Shown here one piece after another: positions 29,263 to 40,323 of a stretch of DNA of 64,000 nucleotides (the stretch's first letter is position 1; each line of letters opens with the position of its first letter). The position numbers and the translations under genes are program-made. Below the pieces are notes generated by a model. The model did not search any database. It worked only from the letters and a program-made list of their open reading frames with translations, and had not been told where the DNA came from. The DNA comes from an uncultured Desulfobacter sp. (GTDB lineage Bacteria; Desulfobacterota; Desulfobacteria; Desulfobacterales; Desulfobacteraceae), in NCBI GenBank assembly GCA_963665095.1, contig OY762069.1, positions 928,001 through 992,000 of the forward strand. The letters are read 5' to 3'.

Positions 29263-30289
29263 GTCCCTAATTGTCAATAAATAAAATAATCGTGTCGAAA
29301 TCAAAGGGCTGCCTTTCTTTCTTTACCTTCACGTTCAAGGTGTTCCCTGTTTTTTGAACCCGGTACTGACTTGTATTTCATATCCGGAGACAGAAAAATT
29401 CTGCACCAAACACTTATTGAGGATCAACCACCGGTGGTCAAAGGGTTGCCATTGAATAATTTCAACGGTCCTTTGCCTGGCAGCTGCAGCAGTTCCAAAT
29501 TTGCTGCGTCCTAGAAACTGTAATGTTCCCTTATGCCGTCCTATTCAAAACCGGCCTGGTCATAAAAAATATGCCAGAGTTAGTTGCGGGATCGGGGGAG
29601 GAGCAGAACCTGATCAAAAAAACTATGGGTATAAGAGCCCGGCGGATGTCCAATCAAAACAGTTGGCTGTGGTAATGGCAGAGTATGGACAGTGAACATG
29701 CTCAAAGCATATAGGGTTTGTCCCCTGTATAACCATACCGGCTGCACGAACAATAACGCCAGTTAGGCTCTCGGGATCATCCGCCGCCTCTTTAGCCGAC
29801 GGCTAAAAATGCTTTCATATCAAAAACCTTTCTGGTTTTCAGCATATGATAAACGGCCCGGCCAAGTTTGTGGGCCAGGATGGACAGTGCTTTTCCCTTG
29901 CCATGTTTATTGCACAGTTTGTTGTAATATTTTTGCCCGGGTTCATTGCCCTTGAGGAACAGTTGTGCGGCTTGGGAAAAAGACCAACGCAAATGTGCAT
30001 TACCGATTTTCTTCCCGGAAGAACCATATTTTTTGCCGTTGGATTCTTTGGCGCATTTAACAAGCCTGGAGTATGAACCAAAATTCTGGACTCTGGGGAA
30101 TCGACTGATAACATTCTCCCTGTTTTTAGGCCTGTTGGAAATCCGTCCCAAAGTCTCCTGCAAATTATACTGGCTGGCTGTATTTTGAGCATGGGTAAAA
30201 AGCTCTGCACGTTTTCGCATAAAGTAGTTTCTTCTACGCATTAAATCCCTGGTTGAGCGCATGTGGGAAGGATAGGCGTATGCGGTAGG

Positions 30290-31813
30290 TATAATGGACC
30301 CCGAAATTTGAACCAGTTGCTAAGGTACATATGAGGTGATAAAAACCCGGTTCAAATTTGTACCGAAAAAGGAGGTCCATGAGAAAAAATTATACCGGAA
30401 AGTTCAAAGCTAAAGTTGTAGTTGATGTGATTCGAGAAAATGAAACTCTTGCGGAGTTGTCATCCAAATACCAGGTTCATCGAACTATGTTAAACAGATG
30501 GAAGAAAGAAGCGATAGAGGGTCTTCCGACGTTGTTTTCATCAGCGAAAAAGAAAAGCCCAAATGATACTCAGAATCTAATAGACGAATTATATAAGAAA
30601 ATCGGTCAGCTCGAAGTTGAGAATGACTGGTTAAAAAAAAAGGTTAATACAATCAATCTCTGACAGAAGGGGGTTGATAGATAAACAACATCCTTCCATC
30701 AGCATTAACCGGCAGTGTGAACTGCTTCAGGTTTCAAAAGGGGCGTTGTATTACAGGCCGGTAGCCATAAGCCCGTATACATTAACCCTTATGGATCTGC
30801 TTGATGAGCAGCATACCAAAACCCCCTTTTATGGAAGCCGTAGGCTTACAGCCTGGCTGAACAATATGGGGTATCCGGTAAGCAGGAAACGAGTACAGCG
30901 CCTGATGAAGCTGATGAGAATAGAAGCGATTTACCCAGGACCTAAAACAACAAGGAGGGATGAAAGCCATAAAGTTTACCCCTATTTGCTGAAAAATGCC
31001 GTAATTGACAGGCCAGATCAGGTATGGAGTACAGATATCACATACATTAGAATTGGAAACGGATTTATGTACTTATTGGCGGTTATGGATTGGTTTAGCA
31101 GATATGTCCTTTCATGGCGCCTCAGTAACACCCTTGAGAATACATTTTGTATTGAGGCCCTTGAGGAGGCATTGATTGTATCGACACCTGAGATTTTCAA
31201 CACTGACCAGGGTAGTCAGTTCACTTCATTAAAATTTTTGAAGATACTCCAGGCTAAAAACATCAAAATCAGCATGGATTCAAAGGGCAGAGCCTTGGAC
31301 AACGTTTTTGTGGAACGGCTGTGGAGAACGATTAAATACGAAGAAGTCTATTTGAAGGACTACAGAACGGTAAGAGAGGCTCAGCAATCGTTAAAAGCGT
31401 TTATCGGGTTTTATAATCGGGAGAGACTTCATTCAGCCCTGGGGTATAAGGTGCCGTTTTCGGTCTATCGAGCGGCTTAAAGGAAAGGCCTGATGCCTCC
31501 GGCGGCCCTACGGGGTATTGATTTCGCGCTAAGGCGCGAGGATTTAACGCATTAAGGACAAAAACATGGGGGAAGGACAGCATACATTAAACGTATACTG
31601 CCCCCATGTCTTCGTCGCCAGCCACGGCGCTCAGGTTGCTTCCCAGCATTGCCCTATCCTCCGGGTTGGCGGCGGGAGGATAACATAGCGGTATTAAATA
31701 TCAAGAAAAATATGCCGGAAAAGAGGGTCTTTAACAGGCTGATTCGAAATTAGAAACAGAGAAAATGTAGCTTAAAAAACGTTAAAATCGGTCTTGACAT
31801 GGGGTCCACTTCA
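30290..31813 (+). mobile_element. IS3-family element
   Basis: Inverted repeats TATAATGGACCCC/GGGGTCCACTTCA; 3-bp target duplication AGG; removal restores the IS110 frame. Confidence 0.92.
30379..31480 (+). CDS. IS3 transposase OrfAB (orfA 30379-30663, orfB to 31480; probable programmed -1 frameshift)
   Basis: A9G run at 30633-30642; WSTDITY, NTDQGSQF, DNVFVERLWR. Confidence 0.9.
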
Positions 31814-32137
31814 AGGAATTAATTTGCCCCGGAGCAAAGAGGCTATTTTAAGAGAATCAATCTTGTCATTTTTGCTTTTGCCGCCATGAATGGCACGCAT
31901 ATACAGCGCATGTCCCAAGATGAAAGGAATTTTTTCTTCAGCACACAAGTCTGCCAGGAGTTTAGGAGATAAGTCTCTCGGGATCGCTGAACGCCTTTAT
32001 TGATAATGATAAGCCTTTTCGGATGTGTCTTTTGTAGTACCCCTCAAATTAAACCGTCTTCTATGTTAAAAACCCTGTCAAACTGGGCTTTCTATTATTT
32101 TTTTTGATTTGTAAGACCTCACCATATACTATGAAGC

Positions 32138-32750
32138 ATGGCACATTTCCACATCAAGAAGAAAAAAGGAAGACCCTACCTTTATGTGAGGGAGATCGCT
32201 CGGGTAAACGGCAAGCCCAAGGTCATTTCTCAAACCTATATTGGTTCACCGGATCGGGTAGCGGGCCTTGTGAAGGGACAGTCTCAGGAAATAACAACCT
32301 TGAGGGCTGAAGAATTCGGTGCGCTGTGGTTGGCCCAGCAAGCAGATAAAGACTTTGATCTTTGCTCTTTGATTGATGGGATTATTCCACCTGCAGATCG
32401 AGAAAAAGGACCTACAATAGGGGAATATTTCCTTTATTGTGTCTGGAATCACATGATTGAGACCGCCAGTAAAAACAAATTGTCGGATTGGTATAAGAGA
32501 GCCACGATCCAGCATATACGCCCTGTCGATCTAAACGAACTCTCATGCAAACGATACTGGGACAAATGGGACCGGGTTGATGAAAAAACCTTAAACGCTA
32601 TCATATCCAAGTTCTTTGAACGTTTATGGCAGGTCGAAAACCCTTCTTCTGATTGCCTGCTATTTGACACCACTAATTATTATACCTTCATGGGAAGCCA
32701 AACCGAGTCAAAAATAGCGCGCAGGGGTAAAAACAAGGAAGGGATGATCA
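32138..32750 (+). pseudogene. IS1634-family transposase, N-terminal fragment
   Basis: MAHFHIKKKKGRPYLY...LLFDTTNYY...RGKNKEG, then truncated. Confidence 0.8.
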
Positions 32751-33006
32751 GGAGGCGACCGTCAATCTCGTATTGAATGTTGGATGCTTTAAACATGGGA
32801 ATCGACTGTTCATCCCAATTCCGCTTGTTGAGCTTTTTGCTTATTTTTTTCTTGCATTTTGCCAGTTTTTTGCTGATATTTTTATTCACTCGAAACGTCC
32901 TTTCAATTTGGTATATTTCGTTGTGGTAAACTTATTATACCTTTTATTGATAGGCGTTTCGAAGATTTTATCTCATTTTTATTGCTTATCTCACGCTTGT
33001 TTTGAG
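32750..33006 (-). pseudogene. Transposase N-terminal remnant with element end (IS1380-like)
   Basis: MNKNISKKLAK...PMFKASNIQYEIDGR abuts the IS1634 fragment. Confidence 0.5.
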
Positions 33007-33050
33007 ATTAAAATGACAGTTTCTTGGAGAAGCCAGGAAAGGAGACAGTA

Positions 33051-33824
33051 ATGAAAGTCACCGTTTGCGAACTACCCAATAACTGGATTAATTCTAAATC
33101 AGATCAAGAAAAATTCCTATATCATCTTGAATCTGAGAAGACTGAACTGTTGTTATTGCCTGAAATGCCTTTTTCTTCTTGGCTGGCGGGAAAGAGGCTG
33201 CCTGATAAGAAAGCGTGGGAAAAGGCTGTGGCTAATCATAACATTTGGATAGAGAGGCTGGAAGAATTCAATGTACCGGTTATAGCCGGATCCCGGCCTG
33301 TGATAAAAGAGGGGAGGCCGCTGAATGTCGGATTTGTCTGGACCCGTGAACAAGGGGTAAAAGCGGTTCATGAAAAATATTATCTTCCTGATGAAGAGGG
33401 GTTCTGGGAATCAAGCTGGTATCACCGGGGCGACGGTCGTTTTGAACTGATTACGATCAACGGCCTGAAAATCGGATTTCTGATCTGTACGGAAATCTGG
33501 TTTAATCACCATGCACGGGAGTACGGCAAAATGGGGATGCATCTGCTGCTCTGCCCCCGTGCTGTGGGGTCGGTTACAACCGAGACCTGGCTGGCTGGCG
33601 GGCGGGCCGCGGCAAATGTGTCAGGGGCCTATTGCCTCTCTTCAAACTTTAATGGAGCCATTACGCCGGAGATGAATTTCGGAGGAACCGGATGGATAAT
33701 AGAACCGGAAGAGGGATTTGTCATGGGCAGGACATCTGAAAAAGAGCCGTTTCTTACCTTGGAAATAGATATCAGTCAAGCTGAAAAGGCCAAAGTCACA
33801 TACCCAAGGTATGTTAAAGAGTGA
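33051..33824 (+). CDS. Carbon-nitrogen hydrolase (nitrilase superfamily)
   Basis: LLLPEM, HEKYYLP, GFLICTEIWF (E-K-C triad). Confidence 0.9.
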   Translation: MKVTVCELPNNWINSKSDQEKFLYHLESEKTELLLLPEMPFSSWLAGKRLPDKKAWEKAVANHNIWIERLEEFNVPVIAGSRPVIKEGRPLNVGFVWTREQGVKAVHEKYYLPDEEGFWESSWYHRGDGRFELITINGLKIGFLICTEIWFNHHAREYGKMGMHLLLCPRAVGSVTTETWLAGGRAAANVSGAYCLSSNFNGAITPEMNFGGTGWIIEPEEGFVMGRTSEKEPFLTLEIDISQAEKAKVTYPRYVKE

Positions 33825-33925
33825 TCTGTCCTGTCTTTTGGGGACAATTGATAATTGGGTTCAGCAGGATTCTTTTCATCGATGAGTCGGGTACAGTCTG
33901 TCCAAAAACTGCAGATCCATATAAT

Positions 33926-34421
33926 ATGAGAATGAATCTATCTGTTATGGAAACTAAATTTTGCACAATTCTAAATGCCCTAAAAAGCCCTGTAAATGTC
34001 GGTATGATTTTAAGAAGTCATGTAGCTTATGGCGGTGCAGAATTTATATTCACCGGTCAGGATCATTCATGGAAATTCAAAAAAGGGACACAGGTATTTT
34101 CCAGAAAGTTAGAAAATCAGTGCAACATTCTTCACATACCTGATCAGTATGACGCCTTGAGATGGTGCAGAAAAAACAATTATACGTCTATTGCTGTTGA
34201 GATTGCAAAAAAAAGCACATTTTCTGGATGAATTCTCATTTCAACATTGCTCGGCCATCATTGTTGGAAATGAAGAACATGGCCTTGATACCGGATTTAC
34301 GGAAAAGTGTGACCATATTGTGACCATAAAGCAAATTGGAAAAGTTGGCAGTTTGAATGTTGCGGTATCAGCTTCGACGGCAATGTTTGAATTCAACCGT
34401 CATTCCATTAAAGGGTGTTGA
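33926..34421 (+). pseudogene. TrmH/SpoU RNA methyltransferase, frameshifted near 34207-34223
   Basis: PVNVGMILRS in one frame; VGNEEHGL and SLNVAVS in the next. Confidence 0.8.
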
Positions 34422-34884
34422 AATCGATAACGTCTAAATATTACCAATCGCTTGAATCTGAAAGCATTTACGTCTAAAAAGGCCTCTGTTTAGTTGTAAT
34501 ATTTAATCGCCAAAAAAAAGAAAACACCACCACAGAGGCCTTATGCACGAGAAAAATATCAAGCGACTCATCACAAATCAATTGAATAAAAAAAATTCCC
34601 GAACTGGAAAAGGATGCCAAAGAAGTCCAAAAAAGAGCTGACAAAACAAATCATGATAGAAGTTGAAGGCAATTATTATTCTCAGAGCCTGGTGTAGATT
34701 CCCGAAATAATCTGAACAAAAACCCGCCAAATTTTTCATATTAAATTGACAAAGTTCCATTTTTCTCAAATTATCCTGTACAGGTTCTGATCAAAGCATT
34801 CTGACAAAAATGAAAAGGGCGAAAAGCTTTGCAGAGCCTCGCCCTTAAGACCGGGATTTATAAAATCCCAAAACAACCATAAAA

Positions 34885-35331
34885 ATGATAATAAAGGTCA
34901 AAGCTGATATCAAGCAAATTTTCAAGCAGGGCAAAAATTTTACATGGCCAAAACCGTCACGATGTCCACATTGCAACGACTCCAGGCTGTGGGGACACGG
35001 CTTTGTACTCTCCTTTTTTGATGGATTTGATCAAGGGGTGTATTTGAAGCGATATCGCTGCCCCTATTGCAAAACCGTATTCAAATTGAAGCCATATGGT
35101 TTTTTCAAGAGGTTCCAGGCCAGTATCTGGCAAATCCTTACCAGCATTATGAGTCGTCTATACACAGACCGGTATCTGCCGGAACTCTCCTGGAGTCGAC
35201 AGCATTTTTGGTTTACTGCATTGAAACGAAATATAGCGGCCTACCTGTCCAACAGTTGGGACAAAGGTGTGGTTGCTGGTTTTATCAAGCTAATCGGTAT
35301 GGGTAAAATCCCGGTTACCAGTTCAATTTAA
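34885..35331 (+). CDS. Putative Zn-finger protein (DUF6431-like)
   Basis: CPHC....WGHG...RYRCPYC. Confidence 0.75.
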   Translation: MIIKVKADIKQIFKQGKNFTWPKPSRCPHCNDSRLWGHGFVLSFFDGFDQGVYLKRYRCPYCKTVFKLKPYGFFKRFQASIWQILTSIMSRLYTDRYLPELSWSRQHFWFTALKRNIAAYLSNSWDKGVVAGFIKLIGMGKIPVTSSI

Positions 35332-35434
35332 CCATGGGGCTGGATCAGGTTTAAACCACCCTACCGAAGGCTGTGATTTACCGAAGGATCATACTGTCAT
35401 ACAAGCCCTTAGAACCAAATTTTAAGGAGGAAGT

Positions 35435-36691
35435 ATGACAGAAAATCAGAAAAAAGAGGTTGCCGTGTTCAGGTTTGGGGTCATTTGTGAATTTGTGACC
35501 GGAACAAATTTTGATTACGGTGAAAAAGAACGAATTTTACAGCAGAAGTGCGCCCGCAAATGGTCCATCCCGTATTCTGGAAGGACCAGGCTTTCCAGAA
35601 GTACGATTCTGGGATGGGTCCGGCAGTATAACGGTCGAATAGAGTCTCTTTACCCCAAAGACCGTTCAGACCAGGGAAAATCAAGGGTATTCGATGACGA
35701 GACTGCATCTCAACTAATCAAACTCCGGTTAGACCAGCCTGATGCGACAGTCGATACATTGATCTGTTCACTTCAAAAAACTACATGCCAGACATACAGT
35801 CCATCCAGTGTATACCGTTTTTTACGCGGCCGGGGGCTAATGAACACGGCCCGGCCAGAGGATAGAAGAAAGTTTGAAGCCCCGCACCCCAATGATATGT
35901 GGCAAAGCGACGTCATGCACGGCCCTACAGTCCTGGTTCAGGATAAGCAAAGAAAAACGTACCTGATTGCCATTATGGACGATCATTCCAGGCTGGTTAC
36001 GGCTGCAGGTTTTTATTTATCTGAGAATCTGAAGACCTATCTTATGGTGCTGGAGCAGGCTTTTTTGAGCCGTGGGCTTCCCCGCAAGCTGTATGTAGAT
36101 AACGGTCCTGCGTTCAGATCCCATCATTTAAAATATGTAGCAGCGTCTCTGTCCATCGCTTTAATCCATGCAAGGCCATATAAGCCCCAGGGGAAAGGTA
36201 AAATCGAGCGCTGGTTCAGAACGGTTCGGCTTCAGTTTCTGCAAAGATTTACAGGTAAGACCCTGGATGATCTGAATGGGGCATTTGAGAAGTGGCTTCA
36301 TAATGAGTACCATCAGCGTAAACACAGCTCCACAGGCGAATCACCGTTTAAAAGATTTACCTCGGCCATGGAGTGCATCCGTACCGCCCCACCGGATCTG
36401 AAAGACCACTTCCGCAAAACCGCCCGGCGCAAGGTGGCAAAGGACCGAACCATCACCCTTGACGGCAACATGTTTGAGGCCCCGGTTGCGCTGATCGGCA
36501 GACATGTGGATGTAAAGTACCATGAGGACACCCCTTTGCAGGCTGAAGTTATCTATAAAGCAAAGTCTTATGGCTTGTTAACCCCGGTGGACCTTGCTGT
36601 GAACTGTCGGGTCAAGCGGCACCGCTGGAACGAAAATGATATCCGGATTATGCCTGAACCCTCAAATTACAAGGGAGGGCAACTGTTATGA
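35435..36691 (+). CDS. DDE integrase-type (rve, Mu/TnsB-like) transposase
   Basis: AVFRFGVI, WQSDVMHG, MDDHSR, RGLPRKLYVDNG, PQGKGKIERWF. Confidence 0.92.
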   Translation: MTENQKKEVAVFRFGVICEFVTGTNFDYGEKERILQQKCARKWSIPYSGRTRLSRSTILGWVRQYNGRIESLYPKDRSDQGKSRVFDDETASQLIKLRLDQPDATVDTLICSLQKTTCQTYSPSSVYRFLRGRGLMNTARPEDRRKFEAPHPNDMWQSDVMHGPTVLVQDKQRKTYLIAIMDDHSRLVTAAGFYLSENLKTYLMVLEQAFLSRGLPRKLYVDNGPAFRSHHLKYVAASLSIALIHARPYKPQGKGKIERWFRTVRLQFLQRFTGKTLDDLNGAFEKWLHNEYHQRKHSSTGESPFKRFTSAMECIRTAPPDLKDHFRKTARRKVAKDRTITLDGNMFEAPVALIGRHVDVKYHEDTPLQAEVIYKAKSYGLLTPVDLAVNCRVKRHRWNENDIRIMPEPSNYKGGQLL

Positions 36692-37497
36692 GTGAAATGT
36701 ATCGTACCTTTTTTGGCTTATATAGGGAGGCCTTCCCGGCGCAGATAGAAATCAATGATATCCTGGTCACCCCGGAGGTCTCGGGCGTTAAAAATCGGAT
36801 TGATTATTCCTTAAGACTTGGTTGCAGTGCGGTTATCACAGGGGATGTGGGCAGCGGAAAGTCCACCGCCTTAAGGTATGCCGCCTCATCCCTACACCCT
36901 TCGGAATACAAAGTCTTTTATGTTACGGCCTCAAGCGGTTCCATCATGGAACTTTACCGGCAGATTGTTGAAGAACTGGGCATAGAGCGGACATCGACGT
37001 CCCGCGCTGTTATGATCTCCATTATTAAAAATGAAATACGTGAATTCGTCCTGGGAAAAAAGATCAAAACCGTTTTGATTATAGATGAGGCATCTCTGCT
37101 TCGCATGGAAGTCTTTGCCGAACTTCACACCCTGGTTCAATTTGAAAAAGACGCCATGCCCTGGCTGCCTGTGATCCTTGCAGGTCAGCCGACATTGATA
37201 GATAAGCTTCAGTACCGGACGTCAATCCCGTTTGCATCCAGGATTGTGGCTAAAAGCCATCTGGATGGTCTGGATGTGGCTGGAATGAAAACTTACCTGA
37301 TCCATCATTTAAAACTATGCGGTGTTGACACCAACTTTTTTTCTGACCAGGCGGTGACTGCGATTCATCAAGGCTCCGGCGGCCTTTTACGAAAGGCGAA
37401 TAATCTTGCCAGAGGCTCATTGATTGCTGCTGCGGCAGAAAAATCAATGACGGTATCTGCAGAGCATGTCCGCATTGCTTCATCGGAAATTTTTTAA
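36688..37497 (+). CDS. ExeA-like AAA ATPase
   Basis: FFGL...F; GDVGSGKS; LIIDEAS; ILAGQP. Confidence 0.9.
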   Translation: MSEMYRTFFGLYREAFPAQIEINDILVTPEVSGVKNRIDYSLRLGCSAVITGDVGSGKSTALRYAASSLHPSEYKVFYVTASSGSIMELYRQIVEELGIERTSTSRAVMISIIKNEIREFVLGKKIKTVLIIDEASLLRMEVFAELHTLVQFEKDAMPWLPVILAGQPTLIDKLQYRTSIPFASRIVAKSHLDGLDVAGMKTYLIHHLKLCGVDTNFFSDQAVTAIHQGSGGLLRKANNLARGSLIAAAAEKSMTVSAEHVRIASSEIF

Positions 37498-37532
37498 GAA
37501 AAAACAGCCATAGAGCAGAATATTACGATTTC

Positions 37533-37707
37533 GGTGAAACGGAGCCGGGCTCTGCTGAGGAGCAACCTGGTAAGGGATAGCCGGAAGCAGGCAGCATTGA
37601 ATAATGCGCCAGGGGAAGTGGGGATTACCTGCTTCCCCTTTCTGCTTTATTCAAGCTGTTCTGCCTATGCCTTAAAAACCTACTGAGAAGGAGCGCAGCG
37701 ACTTCTG
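37533..37707. ncRNA. Candidate structured RNA/DNA element, copy 2
   Basis: Homologous to 22752-22933; no ORF at this copy. Confidence 0.5.
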
Positions 37708-39354
37708 TAGCTGTCTTAAATAATATGGAAAAGATTTAATCTGTTCAAAATAATTAGAAAATTTAAGTCAGGATAAAATGCGACTCAACACTGGATGTTC
37801 CTATCGAAGAACTCATCGGGATTCAAGATCAGACATTCTCAGCTGGCATTCGTAGCCTTTCTGAGATGGCATCCTATATTGAAAGTTTTCATTCAGAAAA
37901 CTTGTTTCATTTTGATACCTTGAAAAAGTCATATCCGGAAATTGTAGACCCGGAATTGCAGTTTATTGATCAACTGATAGACAATCAGATCATCAACAGC
38001 TTGATTACACCCGACAGCTATTCCGCCCCGCACAGGGATATTCAGCCATATCAGTTGTTTCGATGGAGCTTTTAAAAATAATCAAATACCCAGAGATCAG
38101 TTACAGAAAATTTTGCAGCGACAAGTATTTTGGTAGAGAACGAAAGCAAAACCGGCGTTTTGTGAGACTGCCTTTAAAGACTAAACTTCAGGCTGACCAT
38201 ACTGAATTGTGTCATTTTCGGCGTAGCCTGAATTTCACACAACTAATGAATGTCCTGGTGTATTTTTTCCATCATTTTTATAAATCTGGTTGTCTTGAAA
38301 GCGCGGTTATTCATGGCGTTGATTCTACTGAGTTGCCATCAGAGATCAACTATCCCCTTTGCACAATTAAGATCAAAGGCAAAAAGGTACGAATCTATTC
38401 CGACATGGATTGTGATTGTGGAAAGCGCCGGAAGAAAAGAGATAAGTCGTATTATGTTATTGGCTATCGGCTTCACACCCTGACAGCTATCAATCCATTG
38501 ACTGGCCATAGCTTTCCTTTGGTATCCCTTGTGGGGGCAGCCAATCATCATGACAGCCTGTTTTTAAAACCTTTGATAAAGCTTGCTCAGGCATTAGGCA
38601 TTGATATTAAGTTGATAACGGCCGATCAGGCTTATCACGATAGTGACGGTTCTACTCTTAATGACACCGGAGTTTATATTGTCGCCCCTGCATCAGAGAA
38701 AACGAAACTACCTGAAAATGTATTAGAATCACCCTTGAGGGTTACCTGTAATGATTCATGCGAGTTCCCAATGAAGTATTTGGGGACAACACAGGACGGC
38801 CATGAATTTGGCTGCGGTACAACACCAGGTGAGTGTATGTTCGAATCAAGATCCCCCAAATCAAGAGTCCTGGCTTTTGATAGTGGTTATTTCCAGCCAA
38901 TGCCGACGTTTCATCAAGGTTCTCAAGAAGCAATCGAGATTCGGAAGAACTGTGAACGTCCTTTCAATTTGATGAAAAAAAGGGAAGGCTTCGAACAAAC
39001 AAGGGTAAGAAGCCAGCATGCTGTAGTTGTTCGATCAGCGTTGACAACAATTGTAACCTTGTTGCTTGAAATGGCTGGTACAAGGCAGAAGCCTCAGAAA
39101 AAATATAATAAACAAAGGGAGTTGTTTGCAGCCACAGGATAAATCAAAAAATTCGACATTGAATTTTTCATAAAACCGATAGCTCGGACAATACCGGTAT
39201 ATCTGAAACCTCACCAAGGCCGTTTCATAAGATGAAAACACGCGGTAAAAATCAAATTCAGATTATACGACGGTAAAAATGAACTACTGGATTTTGAAAA
39301 AGAAAAAATTCAAACCTGTGAGGCAATTATAACTCCGTTATGATTTAAATAGTG

Positions 39355-40194
39355 TTATTTTTTAAAAAAGGTGCCGGCATGGCCGGCCAGGGTGGCCATT
39401 AACGCTTTTGTGGCATGACCCGGTGTACCATTGCCGATCAGAGTGTCATCTACCTGAACCACCGGGACAATTCCTTTATTTGTTCCCGTGATGAATACTT
39501 CCGATGCTGACAGCAGGGTGGAAAGAGGCAGGGCCTGCTCTAATACGGGAAATTGCACTTTGGCCATGGTCAGAACGGTTTTACGGGTAATGCCTTTGAG
39601 CACCCCTTTTTCAGGTGTGATCAGCGTGCCGTTTACAAATGCAAACAGGTTGCTGGTCGTCCCTTCAAGAACAACCCCGTCCCGGGTAGTGTACAAGGCT
39701 TCGGCAGCCCCGGCTGCTTTGGCGCGCTTGAGCGCGAGGACTGCCGGAATATAGTTGGTCACCTTGGCATCCGGGATGGCGCGTTCCTGGGTAAATGTGA
39801 TCACTTTTATTCCGTTTGTATACCAGTGGGCGGGCAGCGCAGGGATTTCTGTGGCAAGCACAATGAGTCTCGGGTGATCTGCAGGGCTGAAAAAGTCAGG
39901 GCTGGTTCCCCCCGTAATAAGAATGCGAATATTGGCCTCGTCCATGCCGGGATTTTTCTTCAGTACCTCAAGGACAATCTGTTTTATCTGTACATGGGAC
40001 CACTCAGGATCAAGACCGATTTTTACAGCAGACGCCAGAAGTCTTTCTATGTGGTCATCCAGACAAAAAGGGGTACCCCCATAGGTTCTGATAATATCAC
40101 AAACCGCATACCCTCTGAGTACGGCAAGGTCATCCACCGGAATAACAGCCTTGTCCCAGTCCACATACTCACCGTCCACATAAACTGTTTTCAA
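39355..40194 (-). CDS. Class IV aminotransferase (D-amino-acid/branched-chain type)
   Basis: EGTTSNLF, LKGITR, EVFITGT; TTG start after a GGGAGG RBS. Confidence 0.9.
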   Translation of the reverse strand: MKTVYVDGEYVDWDKAVIPVDDLAVLRGYAVCDIIRTYGGTPFCLDDHIERLLASAVKIGLDPEWSHVQIKQIVLEVLKKNPGMDEANIRILITGGTSPDFFSPADHPRLIVLATEIPALPAHWYTNGIKVITFTQERAIPDAKVTNYIPAVLALKRAKAAGAAEALYTTRDGVVLEGTTSNLFAFVNGTLITPEKGVLKGITRKTVLTMAKVQFPVLEQALPLSTLLSASEVFITGTNKGIVPVVQVDDTLIGNGTPGHATKALMATLAGHAGTFFKK

Positions 40195-40323
40195 AGCAAT
40201 CCCTCCCAAAATTGAAAAATGCTGCCAGGTATAGTAAAAAGTGATATTTAAAATACGCACCCGCTGTCTGGTTTCAATGGGGTTGTCAAAATAAAACCGG
40301 GCTGCCCGAAAGGAGAATGACTT

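Larger units (their letters stand above)
29792..31960 (-). pseudogene. IS110-family recombinase: 5'-truncated, internally deleted, split by IS3
   Basis: LADLC...HALYMRAIHGGKSKNDKIDS.KIA.LLRG.LIP | TAYAYPSHMRSTRDLMRRR...GNAHLRW...LAHKLGRAVY. Confidence 0.85.
34576..37787 (+). mobile_element. Zn-finger + DDE + AAA transposon, copy 2 (left tip apparently deleted)
   Basis: Right end ...GCGACTCA; ACA duplicated at 34573-34575 and 37788-37790; same gene order as copy 1. Confidence 0.8.
34543..39142 (+). pseudogene. IS1182/IS5-like DDE transposase, split by a nested transposon and frameshifted near 38061
   Basis: MHEKNIKRLIT (34543-34575) continues LDVPIEELIG (37791) in frame; GVDST, GYRLH, ADQAY, R...ERPF. 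Confidence 0.8.

Noticed and set aside
29263..29511. Additional IS remnant after the last R''
   Set aside because: It looks like a degenerate element end on the minus strand, but all frames are interrupted and I cannot assign a family.
21736..37497. ExeA ATPases as type II secretion components
   Set aside because: Both overlap DDE transposase genes inside mobile elements, and no secretion genes are nearby.
34563..37787. 8-bp target duplication GCGACTCA for transposon copy 2
   Set aside because: Removal on that basis gives a stop in the host frame, whereas the 3-bp ACA model restores it and matches the CTCA end of copy 1. Not fully excluded.
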